Assembly: GCA_951406725.2 (NCBI GenBank) | Contig: OX597827.1 | Location: forward strand, 20,894,001 to 20,958,000 | Direction: 5' to 3' | Source: Octopus vulgaris | Taxonomy: Eukaryota | DNA length: 64,000 nucleotides | In this document: positions 38,201 to 50,783 of the stretch, one piece after another | Position numbering within the stretch: position 1 is the first letter of the stretch | Layout of the letters: every line of letters starts with the position of its first letter | Position numbers and translations under genes: made by a program | Notes under the pieces: model-generated | Seen by the model: the letters and a program-made list of their open reading frames with translations, nothing else | What the model was told of the DNA's origin: nothing | Databases searched by the model: none

Positions 38201-41200
38201 GTCAAGAGAAGATTGCCCGAAAACACACTTGTCTGGATTAATGCGAACACCATAGTCGCGAAGACGTTGAAAAAGCTGAGACAAGTGCTGGAGATGATTC
38301 TCATGCATATCACTTGCGATGAGGATTTCATCGACATATGCGAAAACAAAATCAAGTCCACGAACAACTTCATCTATAAAACGTTGGAACGTACTTGTGG
38401 CATTCCGCAAACCAAAACTCAGGTATAAAAATCCGAAACAACCAAAAGGAGTGGTAATTGCCGTTTTAGGAACATCGTCTGGGTTGACCAGTATTTGATG
38501 ATAAGCACGTATGAGGTCAACCTTAGAAAAAATGGTGCAGCTATGAAGAGTTGCCGAAAAATCCTGAAGATTTCTTATTGGATATCTATCAGGAATTGTC
38601 ACAGAATTTAGATGCCGATAATCTCCCACTGGGAGAAAATCTGTATCCCCTTTTCGAACTAAATGAAAGGGGTGATGCCCTTGGGCTGGTGGAGGGGTGT
38701 ATCAGACCAAGCTGGAGCATATGCTCAAACTCAGCCCTAGCTGTTTTAAGACGGTCAGCTGCAAGATGCCGTGGGCGCGAAAAAACGGGCGGCCCAGTAG
38801 TTGTAATGAAATGGAGTGTCGAGTGTACGGGTTTTGCCATTTTAAAAGTAATATCGAGTAGCTCTGGAAAAGAAGCCAAAAGAGAATGAAAAACATCTCC
38901 AGATGTAGCAACAAAAAATGTCGGGCTAAGAGCTGAATCGGTAGATTCTCTGGTCAGTGTGGAGAGTGTAGTTGAACTGTCGACTAGCTTCCGATGCCTG
39001 ACATCTACCAATAGATCAAAGTTATTTAGAAAATCCTCACCTTAGATAGGATGTGGAATATCAGCAATGACAAAAACCCATTGAAAATCTCGATGAAGAT
39101 TTATATCGAGGTGTAACAAAACCTGCTCGAATGTGGCTGTTGATGACGAGTCAATAGCATGCAGAGTAACATTAGAGCGTTTTGACCTGTCGATAGTAAG
39201 ACGCAGAGGCCAAATGCTACAACAAGAACCAGTGTCTACCATGAAGAATTTCTTCGACACTAGATCTTTTACAAAAAATGCACGATAGCCAGAGAACAAA
39301 GAGGAGGAAGTTGACATGCTCAACTTCTCCAAAGCTAGTTTAAATGTTTAAAGGTGCATGGCTGTATGCACTTGTGTGCTTTGTCTCCAAATTTGGAGTG
39401 GTACCAACACAGTCCGGACTTTGACTGTGAGGAACGAGATGCAGAACGCATACGACTACGCGATCTTGAGAAACGCTTGCCATCGCGACACATCGCGTCC
39501 ATCCTTTTGGTAAGAATTTCAATTTCTTTAGAAAAGCCATCAATTGAGTCTGCAGAAGATACCTCGGAGCAGACGCAAACAGCATGTGACGATGGCTGCA
39601 CGGAGAATTCAACAATCTTATCAGCCATGGTGGCTATTTGGTCCACAGTATTTGTCTCAAGTGCTGTGGCCAAAATTGTTTGTATATTGGAAGGCAACCT
39701 TGAAAAAAATATCTTCCGAAGTAGAGGAGCGTCAGCGGATTTACCACTTAACTCTCTCAAACGGCGCAAAAATTGTCACAGCATTCTATCCCCCAACTCC
39801 TCATCTGCCATTAGCTCATTAAATTTACTTTCCTCACTTCTGGTATTTCTACGTAAAATCTCTGCCTTCACAGATGCATAAGTAGCGTCTGGACTAGGAT
39901 CTGTAATGAGATCTCTAGCAGTAATTGCAAGTTGCAGAGGCATACGACTATAAAGAAGTTGCAATTGTTGCTCAGAAGAAATACTATGAGCCGAAAAATG
40001 TGCCTCTAGTTGTGCAAACCAAAGTGTTGCATCTCCAGTGAAAACAGGTAACGATGCAAAAGACATTTTGTTTCTATTTTACTAGATGATCCTGTCAAAG
40101 GAAGGGAAAAAATGAATGAAAGTAGAAACCGACGAAAGAGGAACAAAACTGAATTGAAATTAAAAAAGAAGAAAAACCAGCAATTGAACCAACAAATGTT
40201 TGCATGTGAGTGCTAGCAGAGTTAAGTGTGTGAGTGCATGCAACAAGTGTTTGTGTCTGTGTGACAGATACAAATAAGGTGAATGCGTATAACACAGAAA
40301 TACAGAGCATAAATGAAAGTCTCAGCTTAGAGTTAAAGATAGAATTTGGATTACCAGTTCATAAGATACACGATATGCAAGAGTTCTATAACAAGATGTG
40401 TCTCAAGGCAGAGACTTTTTTGGGCGAATATGTCATGCCGCGGTTGTAGCCTCAACGCTGAGCTGAGTTCTCTTAAATACAGAATTTCTTCATATGGACT
40501 GACTGTTATACTTGGTGAAAGGATTCACTCTAACAGCGTGAGTAAAACTGGTCGTGTTGGTGAGTATGGGCGACGATAAACTAAGACGTCGGTGTAGATG
40601 GCGACGGTAGTGGAACATGTCCTGAGTTGCTGGGGTATGTTGGCATCGTCGTTGACTGGAGCAGGAATATGGCTGGATCACTGGAACTGTGACAGGAACA
40701 TAGCTGGGTCGCTGGAACTGGCCTAGTGTTCTTGTTTTTGGGGTCACCACTTGTAGAGTTTCTTCCTCTTTGTTTTAAAAAAATGTAGATGTAAAGAAAC
40801 AAGAAAAGCATCCGAACAATATATATAACTCTTTATTCGGGTATATGTGAAATGTACATTTGGTCAGTCAGCAACCACACAGCAAATCTGGAGTTAATCA
40901 AAACACGTCTACAGTGTTCAACGGCCGCGTCCCAAGTCTCCGACGCAAGCAAGGAACGTGACAGAACTTTTTCCGTCAGTCTTTTAGTGCATGTGCATGA
41001 GGGAACCTTCGCAGGCCTTCTAGAAGATTCCAACCCCACACGCGCGCACTGAAGACTGTCAAGATGACATTACTACAGATCTCTTTGGCACTTTCTTTTC
41101 TGAGTCCTGGGGTTGGTGTAACTGACTCGTCCCCTCTCCCCAAATTTCAGGCCTTGTATCTTTAGTAGAAAGTGTACGAGAATGGCCAGTATAAATGGAC

Positions 41201-44200
41201 CAGTTCTCAGGTTTCGCCTGTGATTCAAAAAGGTAATATAAAAGGAGAAAAGGGACTCTCTACCCCCCTTTTTGACCAGGCTCCCGTTGGCTTTTATGGG
41301 GTTTTTTCCACCAGGAACCTTTTGTAACGCCTCCCCCTTTTGGGAGTTTTTCGTTGTTATATTATTTGATTGTTATACAGTTGTTACTCGATTTTTTTTC
41401 ACAAATGGACAAAACCTTTCGTCCTGTTTTGTCCCTTTATGTTTTCTAATCATGTGTGGCCAATAAAAAGAATTAATTATTATTATTATAATTATTATTG
41501 TTCTGATTGAATGACCATTTCTCTCTTGTATGTTGCAGAGATTGTGGTTCGATGGTGTGTGGTGAATCCTACTGAAAAAATTAAATGTGAGGACCTGAAG
41601 AAGGAATTAGAAATCGTTGGTAAATACCCAAAAGCCACCAAATATACATTAAAATGTTTGCTGATGTTTGATATGTAAGTTTGGGTTTTTTTGTTTCATT
41701 TATTTACTCGTAAATCACACATAATTAAGAAATCTCCTTCAAAATCCTTAATTTATTTGTTCATTATTTTTCTTTGATGCTGTTATTTTATTGTTTTTTT
41801 TTTAGTTGAAAGTTAATTTTCCTAATTGCTCTTTTAGTTTTGATTGTATGGAAAAAATTCAAACAAATAAAGCTGACATCATATCATTGGATCCTGGCCA
41901 TGGGTTCTATGCTGGCAAATACCATTACATGCATCCTATTATGGCAGAGAAATATTCGAGTGAGTTTTCATTTACAGTTTCTTATACTAATTCTCTCTTT
42001 CCCTAACATCTCCTCCCCCCACTCTCTCTCTATCTCACAGACACTAATATCATTTGGTTGGTTCTGCTAGTTCTTTCTTCCAAACCATCCATTCATTGCA
42101 TTCCTTGCAACCAGGTTATTGTTTCAGCCATTTTTACATGTAAAGAATGAAACCTTATGAAAATTATTTTGTTAATTTTCTTCCTTGCTTTTGTTTGTAT
42201 TTCAAATGATCAAATAGCAACAAATTAACGACTTTGGATGTTAACAGTGTTTGTTTATTTTAAAGTTATTGATTTTTATTTATTCTTCTGATTTAAATTT
42301 AAGACGATTGATTTTTCTGTTGTTCCATTAAACTATGCTAAATACATTCAAAGAGCAGAAACCAGCTGTCAATAGGGGGTGGGGGTGGACTGGCAGGGAA
42401 CAATAGACATTAAGAGGGGCCAGAGTCTTGCTTCCCTGGCCACATAGTTCCGGATTCAGTCCCACAGCAGTGAACATTGGGCAAGTGTTTTCTGCTACAG
42501 CCCCCAGCCAATCAAAGCCTTCTTAGAAGATTAGACAGAGGGAAACTGAAAGAAGACTATCACACACATATGCATTGTGTGTGTGTATGCATGTACATAT
42601 AATTATGTATGTAAGTATGTGTATAGGAGCTGATGTAGGTGTGTGGTAAGAAGTTTGCTTCCCAACTGCAGAGTCTTGGGTTCAGGCTACTTCATGACAC
42701 TTTGAGCATCTACTATAACCCCGGGCCAAGCAATGTGATTTGGTAGAAGGAAACTGAAAGAAGCCAATCATATATATGAAATGGCCTGAACTCTTTGCAT
42801 GAACACCTTCCCTGTACATAACTCCATGTCCCCCTACATGGCCTTGCTTTTTGCTTTTTGAGCCAAAAAATTAACTTAACTTATATATATATATACACAC
42901 ACTAAAGCGAATGGTTTACACATGGTGACTTACTGGTGAAGCACGGTCACTTTTCTCGCAGTATTGCCTGTACGTTTTTCTGTGATTTTATATTTTTGAT
43001 CTTCCATTTAAATGAATACATTTCCTCTGTCTGACTGCTTTTCTTTCTACAAAACAGAAAGTTACATTGTTGAACAGTCATTTTAACGAGTTGTATTCAT
43101 TTATCACCCAACGAGATACGTCTGCACCACTGGATGCTCCTGAACCAGCTGTTGATTATCCCACCCAAGAGGAATCGATGCTAGATGTGTCGACACAATT
43201 GTTGTGATTAATAATAAATTCTCATATATTCCATCTTCCATTTGCCATATATATTTTTCATGCTGGCATGGGTTGGACAGTTTCACTGAAACTGGAGAGC
43301 TGCACCAGGTGCCAATCTGATTTAGCATGGTTTTCTATGTCTGGATGCCCTTCCTAATACCAACCACTCCAAGAGTGTAGTGGGTGCTTTTTATGTGCCA
43401 CTGGCACGCACTACTGTCATAGGCCATGACTATGATTTCAATCTTCTCAATCACAGCATAATGCCAAAGGTCTCGGTCACTTGTCATTGCTTCAATGAGA
43501 CCCAATATTCAAAGGTCATACTTCACCATCTCATCCCATGTCTTCCTGGGTTTGCCTCTTCTACAGTTTCCTTCCATCATTAGAGTTTGATGCTTCTTCA
43601 CACAGTTGTCCTCATCCGTACACATCACATGACCATACCAGCATAGTCTTCTCTCTTGCACACCACATTTGATGCCTCTCATGCCCAACTTTCCTCTCAA
43701 GATGTTTACACTCTGTCCTACATGTACACTGACATTGCACATCCAGTGAAGTATACTAGCTTCATTTCTTTCAAGTCTATGCATGATGTCCTCAGTGGTC
43801 ACAGCCCATGCTTCACTGCCGTGTAGCATGGCTGTTCATACATAAGCGCGTGTGTGTGTGTTAGTGTGTCTTTGCCTTGACTTTCAGTGATAGTTGTAAG
43901 CGAGTGCCACTCTCATGCAAGCAGTGTCTTTCACTCACACTGTTACATGGAATGATGTCTGCTCGTCAGGGTAGTATTACCTTACTTTGCAATTGAAAGA
44001 AACAGCAGCCATATCAGCCTCAAATCAGTCCCTTACTGTTTTAAAGAATGAAGGACACCTTGGGTAATGTAGTGTTCAATACATCCTTCCTGAAATTAGA
44101 CAGGATGTTCACTGGTTGAGAACTTTCTCAGGTCTGCTTAAGCTTTGGATGGACCTATTGTTAAACAACTTCAACCAACATTGCACCCACACACACAAAA

Positions 44201-47200
44201 TCATCATCATTTAACGTCTGTTTTCCATGCTGGCATGGGTTGGACGGTTCGACTGGGGTCTTGGAAACCAGGAAGCTGCACCAGGCCCCAATCTGATCTG
44301 GCAGTGTTTCTACAACTGGATGCCCTTCCTAATGCCAACCACTCTGAGAGTGTATTGGGTGCTTTTTACGTGCCGCCGCCACAAGGGTCAGTGGAACTGG
44401 CATTTACTACGATCGGAGGTGCTTTTTACGTGCCACCAGCATGGAAGCCAGTCAAAATTATTCAAACAAAACTACCAATGAACGTGGGGAAAATGCATAA
44501 AAGTTTACCCAGCATGGTTCACGTATAGAATCATCTGGAGAAGTCTGTTTACTTTTCATTCTGTTTTGCTAGACCGTCTAAAATCTCCACTTTATTTCTT
44601 CCACCATTTTCAGACACGGATCCTTTAAAATTCTACTCAGTTCTTGTTGTTGATGCCAATTCTCAAATAACAGTCAACTCGATGAAGGGAAAGAGAGTCT
44701 GTTTCCCAAGTAAGACAGTTTTGTTTTTGTTTGTTTATTCATTGTTTGGTTTTCTTTGTTTGTTAATGAATTTCTCTTAAGATAATTTTATTTATGCTCT
44801 TCTGATACAAAAGCACCAAAGAAAAGGTACGAGGATTTCCTAAAGAAATCTCTCAATGCCTGTCACGTTCCTCCCCACCATTTGGTCTGTTCTTGTCACT
44901 CACCATAAAGCTTGGCATCTCACTCCTTTGAAGACATCTGCATGGCCATCCTTGGCAACAAAGGAAAGCAAGGACATCACAATCATCCCTGATCAGCCAA
45001 CCTACCCACTCTTGTGGCATCTGTGGTCAGACCTGTTTGTCTTGAATCGCACTTGTTGGGCATCAGAAAACTCGAAACAGATGCCTCTCTGTATATCTTG
45101 AAGCCAAGCCAAGATATATGGTTATATATGTGATAGAAAAGGTGGTACGGAGGGATGACAAAGGAATTGACAAAGAAAAACCCCCCAAAAAACACAGGAC
45201 AGACACAGACAAGCTCAACCCCGTCACCAAATAGCATCACAATTTGGACAATATATGTGTGTGTGTGTATATACAAAGTTACTCAAAGAATAAATAAAGC
45301 TAAAACAGCATTTATAAGAATGGAAAAGATTTTCACCTCAAGAGACTTAGCGTCTAAAGTGATTGTAGTTGGTAAACTGCTATTCCACTTGTCCTCTTCA
45401 GGGTAGAAACTTCAACAAAGTGCACAGCTATGAAGAAAAAAACAAAAACAATAAGAAGCCTTTAGCAAACTGGACAAGATTTGAGGATCTTTTCCTTTTG
45501 AACGGCACTTTGTAACATAATTTCTAGGTAACTAAAAAGTTTTAAACTTTGTATACTGGTAGAATGTGTTTATAAAACATTTTTTTCTCTCGGCTTTATT
45601 GAGAAAATTCTATAGTTTGTAAGATATTTCGTGTGAAATTTCGAGCATTTCGGCAATTTTAACCAATCGCTTGCCTCCATTGACGTAAACAACATTCCGT
45701 GCTGTATGAATATGTCCCTCGTTTAAGAAACAGATTGGGTTTATTTACATTTGCGAAGAAAAAAAGATACCCTTCCCCCACCCCTAACCCTAACTCTAAA
45801 TCTAAAATAGATTGAAATGCAATAGATCGATACTAGGGTTATAATTATGGGTGACAATTTCATACGACACCGCTACGGAAAATGGGATTTTTTTCTAGCG
45901 GTGTCAATTGAAAATGTCACCCATAATTATAACCCTAGTATCGATCTATTGCATTTCAATCTATTTTAGATTTAGGGGTAGGGGAAGGGTATCTTTTTTC
46001 TTCACAAATGTAAATAAACCCAATCTGTTTCTTAAACAAGGGACATATTCATTATGCACAGAATGTTATTTACCTAAATGGAGGTAATCGATTGCCGAAA
46101 TGCTCGAAATTAAAGACGAAATATGTTACAACATATAAAATTTTCTCAATAAAGCCAAGAAAAAATGATGTTTTATAAACACTTTCTACCAGTATATGAA
46201 GTTTAAAACTTTTTAGTTACCTAGAAATTATGTTACAAAGTGCTGTTCAAAAGGAAAAGATCCAGATTTGCAGCAAATTCAACATGTCAAATGCTGCAGT
46301 ACTAGAAAATCTGGTAGTCCAAAGACTCTTCTTGTTGAGAATGAAGTCCACAAAATCCTAATGCACCAAGAGTCACTTCTCCAGATCATCTTAACAAGAA
46401 TTGTGATGGAGAAGACAGCAAGAGGTTTTCAAAAACGTTTGTGAACTGATCACGTCAAAGAATGAACTGGAAACAAGAATCTGATTGTATGTGTGTGTAG
46501 TACAACATAGAGGGAGCTGGAGAGTTTTGGCAAGCTGACCCCTGAACACAGGGAGAGCAGCTGGCTGATGTAAAGTGTGTTGTACATTTTTTCTCTCAAT
46601 GTCAGTATTCAAGCTCTTCCCCCCCTCCCCACCTCTCTCTCTCTACTACCACTCATTGCTCTGAGCTAGCAGAATCGTTGGCACGCCGGGCGAATTGCGT
46701 GGCCGTATTTCGTCTGCTGTTACGTTCTGAGTTCAAATTCCACCGAGGTCGACTTTGCCTTTCATCCTTTCGGGGTCGATAAATTAAGTACCAGTTACGC
46801 ACTGGGGTTCGATATAATTGACTTAATCCATTTGTCTGTTCTTGTTTGTCCTTTCTGTGTTTAGCCCCTTGTGGGTAGTAAAGAAACATATTGTTGTCAT
46901 GTTTTCTTTTCTTTTTTTTTTTCTTCTTCATATTTAATTCAATTATTGATGTGTATCAGGTATTGGTAATGCAGCTGGCTGGGTGTACCCTGTATCAGAA
47001 ATGATTAAAAAACAAATGTTGGAAATCAAAGACTGTAATTCGATAGGAAAGAGTGTGGCATCATTTTTCGGTGGTATGTGCTTGCCTGGTGGCTTTGAAG
47101 CCAACTACAACCCATTCGGTAAGTATTTTGTTTCCTTAGATTCTGTTATCTCCTCTTGAGTTGATCTTTACAGTAGGGGTCTGCAGTTTCAGTGTAATGG

Positions 47201-50200
47201 GGGACCTAAGCTATTTGATGAATGCTTTCACCCAACTATTGTATATTCTGTTTCAGAAGGAAGTATTTGCCTCTGTTGTTGGCCAAGAAATAGTCATCTG
47301 CCACATTGTGACAAAATTATTTCTAAGAATACTCCTTGCTGAAAGCTGTTCTAGAAGCTGTAAAAAGAATGAAATTAAGGACCTTGGCTTATTAATTTTT
47401 TATTAGACATTTTGATACATTTAAAACTGAAATTCTTAATTAACAATGATTTATTATTTCACAAAATTTTATGTTTCCATTGTTTTACAACCACAGAATT
47501 CATTTTCATATTGTCTTCATGAAATTTGCCTTCTTTAAAACACTTTAAGCCTAAATTGTATTTAATTCAATATCGCAATTTATTGAAAGACTTGTAAAAT
47601 CTACAGTGTGTAGATTATAGGCATAGGAGTGGCTGTGTGGTAAGCAGCTTGCTTATGAACCACATGGTTCCGGGTTCAGTCCCACTGTGTGCCACCTTGG
47701 GCAAGTGTCTTCTACTAGAGCCTCAGGCCAACCAAAGCCTTATGATAAGATTTGGTAGACGGAAATTGAAAGAAGCCTGTCGTATATATGTATATTTATG
47801 TGTGTTTGTCCCCCTAACATCGCTTGACAACCAATGCTGGTGTGTTTACATCCCTGTAACTTAGTGGTTTGGCAAAAGAGACCGATAGAATAAGTACTAG
47901 GCTTCCAAAGAATAAGTCCTGGGGTCAATTTGCTCGACTAAAGGCAGTGCTCCAGCATGGCCACAGTCAAATGACTGAAAACAAGTAAAAGAGTGAGAGT
48001 GCTCCCACTGCTTAATGGGATACTCTGTACCTTGTATCAAAGTCTTAGATTTAGAAGAGGAATTGGATTTGCTGCCCACCCAGGCACCCAGAAAATGTCA
48101 GCAGAACCAAAAAGCAAAAATGTTTGTCTCAGAGAATTGTTTATTTTGTATGTCCCCCCCCCCCCATCTATAATATTAATGAAACATCATCACCCTCCCC
48201 CCATTAGCAGCTTCTGTTGGCTTTCCTTGTTGGTTGTAATTAGGGTTGAAAGAACCCAGGGTCATCATTATCATTTCATTCAGTCTTCAGCAGAAAAAGG
48301 GGTTGGGGATACAGAGAAGGGTATCAATAAAGGGTCTCCTCATCCAGTTCCAACAGGAAGCCTTAGGGGGCCTTCTCATCCAGTTCCAACAGTGAGCCTT
48401 AGGGGTCTCCTCATCCAGTTCCAACAGTGAGCCTTAGGGGTCTCCTCATCCATTTCCAACAGTGAGCCTTAGGGGGTCTCCTCATCCAGTTCCAACAGTG
48501 AGCCTTAGGGGTCTCCTCATCCAGTTCCAACAGTGAGCCTTAGGGGTTTCCTCATCCACTTCCAACAGTGAGCCTTAGGGGTCTCCTCATCCAGTTCCAA
48601 CAGTGAGCCTTATGGGTCTCCTCATCCAGTTCCAACAGTGAGCCTTAGGGGTCTCCTCATCCACTTCCAACAGTGAGCCTTAGGGGTCTCCTCATCCAGT
48701 TCCAACAGTGAGCCTTATGGGTCTCCTCATCCAGTTCCAACAGTGAGCCTTATGGGTCTCCTCATCCAGTTCCAACAGTGAGCCTTAGGGGTCTCCTCAT
48801 CCAGTTCCAACAGTGAGCCTTATGGGTCTCCTCATCCAGTTCCAACAGTGAGCCTTAGGGGTCTCCTCATCCAGTTCCAACAGTGAGCCTTAGGGGTCTC
48901 CCCATCCAGTTCCAACAGTGAGCCTTAGGGGTCTCCTCATCCTGTTCCAACAGGGAGCCTTAGCAGTTCAATCAAGGGAATGAGCTTCTCTTTGAGTTAA
49001 TGTAAGAAGTATCTAAGTATTCCATAAACATTTGCTGAAGGTAATTTTTAGAGTGAATGAGCAAGACAAAGCTGTACCTTCTGGACGCCATTTGACAGGC
49101 TTTCTCTATTCCTGGTTTCACTCACAAGATAGGGAGACTTTTGTCTAAGACTCCACAAAGAGCTGAGATCAAACCCGAGGCTTTGTGATTATGAAGCAAA
49201 CTTCTTAAACTGACAATAACATTATCTCTAAATTAATTAATTATTAATAATTTTTATTAATCATTTATTTGGTTTGTGTGCAGGAAACAATCCCAACTCT
49301 ATCTGTGACAGCTGCAGTGGTTCTGGCAATGAGCGTTGCACCATGCGTGACCCTTATTCAGGATATGATGGTGCTTTCAGGTGCTTGGAAGCTGGTAGAG
49401 GTGACATGGCCTTTCTCCGTGACAACACTGTGAAAGAAATGTTAGCTGACAACCTCGTCAAGACAGAAGTAAGTAGGACCTTAAAACAGAAGCACACATA
49501 TGTGTGTGTGTGCCTCTGCTGTGAGTACAGAGGCACACACGTGTGTGTGCGTGCCTCTGTTGTGTGTACAGCATTGTTTGTGTTCTTAGATCACAATTGT
49601 ACGTCATCTTGCCTGAAGTCTTCAGACATTTGCCCTTCAACCCGGATTATCCAATCAATGAATAATGAGCTATAGATGCAGGCATGGCTGTGTGGGTAAG
49701 AAGATTGCTTCTCAGCCATATGGTTTGGGGTTCAGTCCCACTGTGTGGCACCTTGGGCAAATGTCTTTTACTGTAGTTCCAAGCTGACCAAAATCTTTTG
49801 AATGGAATTGATAGACAAAAACTGAAAGAAGCCCATCATATATGTATTTCTTTACTGCCCACAAGGGGCTAAACATAGAGGGGACAAACAAGGACAAAGG
49901 AATTACAATGACCCCAGTTGCAAAACTGGTACTTTATTTATCGACCTCGAAAGGATGAAAGGCAAAGTTGACCTCGGCGGAATTTGAACTCAGAACATAA
50001 CGACAGACGAAATACCGCTAAACATTTCGCCCGGCGCGCTAACGTTTCTGCCAGCTCGCCGCCTATATGTGTGTGTGCATGATTATTGTAAATGAATGTC
50101 ACTGTGTCGTAAAAGTATTGCTGTTTGCTTCCAGTCTTCTGTGGTAAACCTGTCTGGCCACGGGGAAGAATATTCCTTTGCTTGGAAACAGAAGGTTGGT

Positions 50201-50620
50201 GACAGTAAAGGCATCTGACAGAAAAGGAAAAATTTGCCTCAAACTTTGTTCAACCCATGCAAACGTGGGAAAGTGAATATTAAAATAACAATGTCGAGAA
50301 TGAGAGAACAAGTATACGGTCATTTTGCATGCTAAAAATAGCAGCCAAATCTTCATCTCATTTTGTCTTTTAAAAAAAAAACTAGAAAGGACACAGTTGA
50401 TAATGTGATCCTGGATATCTGTCAAAAAGATGGGATGGTCATGGCTAGAGTACCATTGACTTATGGTTAATGATATAAGATTTGTGTGAAACTGAGTAAA
50501 TTTATAGTTGTCCATGCATGCAGGCATGTCCCCTACATCACTCTCTCAACCCTGTTGCTGGGAAACTCAGACTTCCCTGGTGATCCAATGGGTCACAGGT
50601 AGTCTACTAATATATATGTA

Positions 50621-50665
<45 letters not shown>

Positions 50666-50730
50666 TTGTGTGTATTTCTGTGTGTGTGTGTATTTCTGTG
50701 TGTGTGTGTATTTGTGTTTGTGTGTGTGTT

Positions 50731-50783
<53 letters not shown>

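Larger units (their letters stand above)
35894..41077 (-). mobile_element. Ty3/Gypsy LTR retrotransposon, CsRn1/Boudicca-like clade, full-length but decayed, antisense in intron 1
   Basis: Two ~325-bp TG..CA LTRs, GATC TSD (35890-35893 and 41078-41081), tRNA-Trp-type PBS, PPT, CX2HX9CX3C gag motif, PR-RT-RH-IN order. Confidence 0.96.

Noticed and set aside
46663-46750. tRNA genes
   Set aside because: A/B-box-containing heads belong to SINEs, with no complete cloverleaf.
48332-48963. CRISPR-like array of 35-bp repeats
   Set aside because: Units are contiguous with no unique spacers, there are no cas genes, and it lies in a eukaryotic intron.
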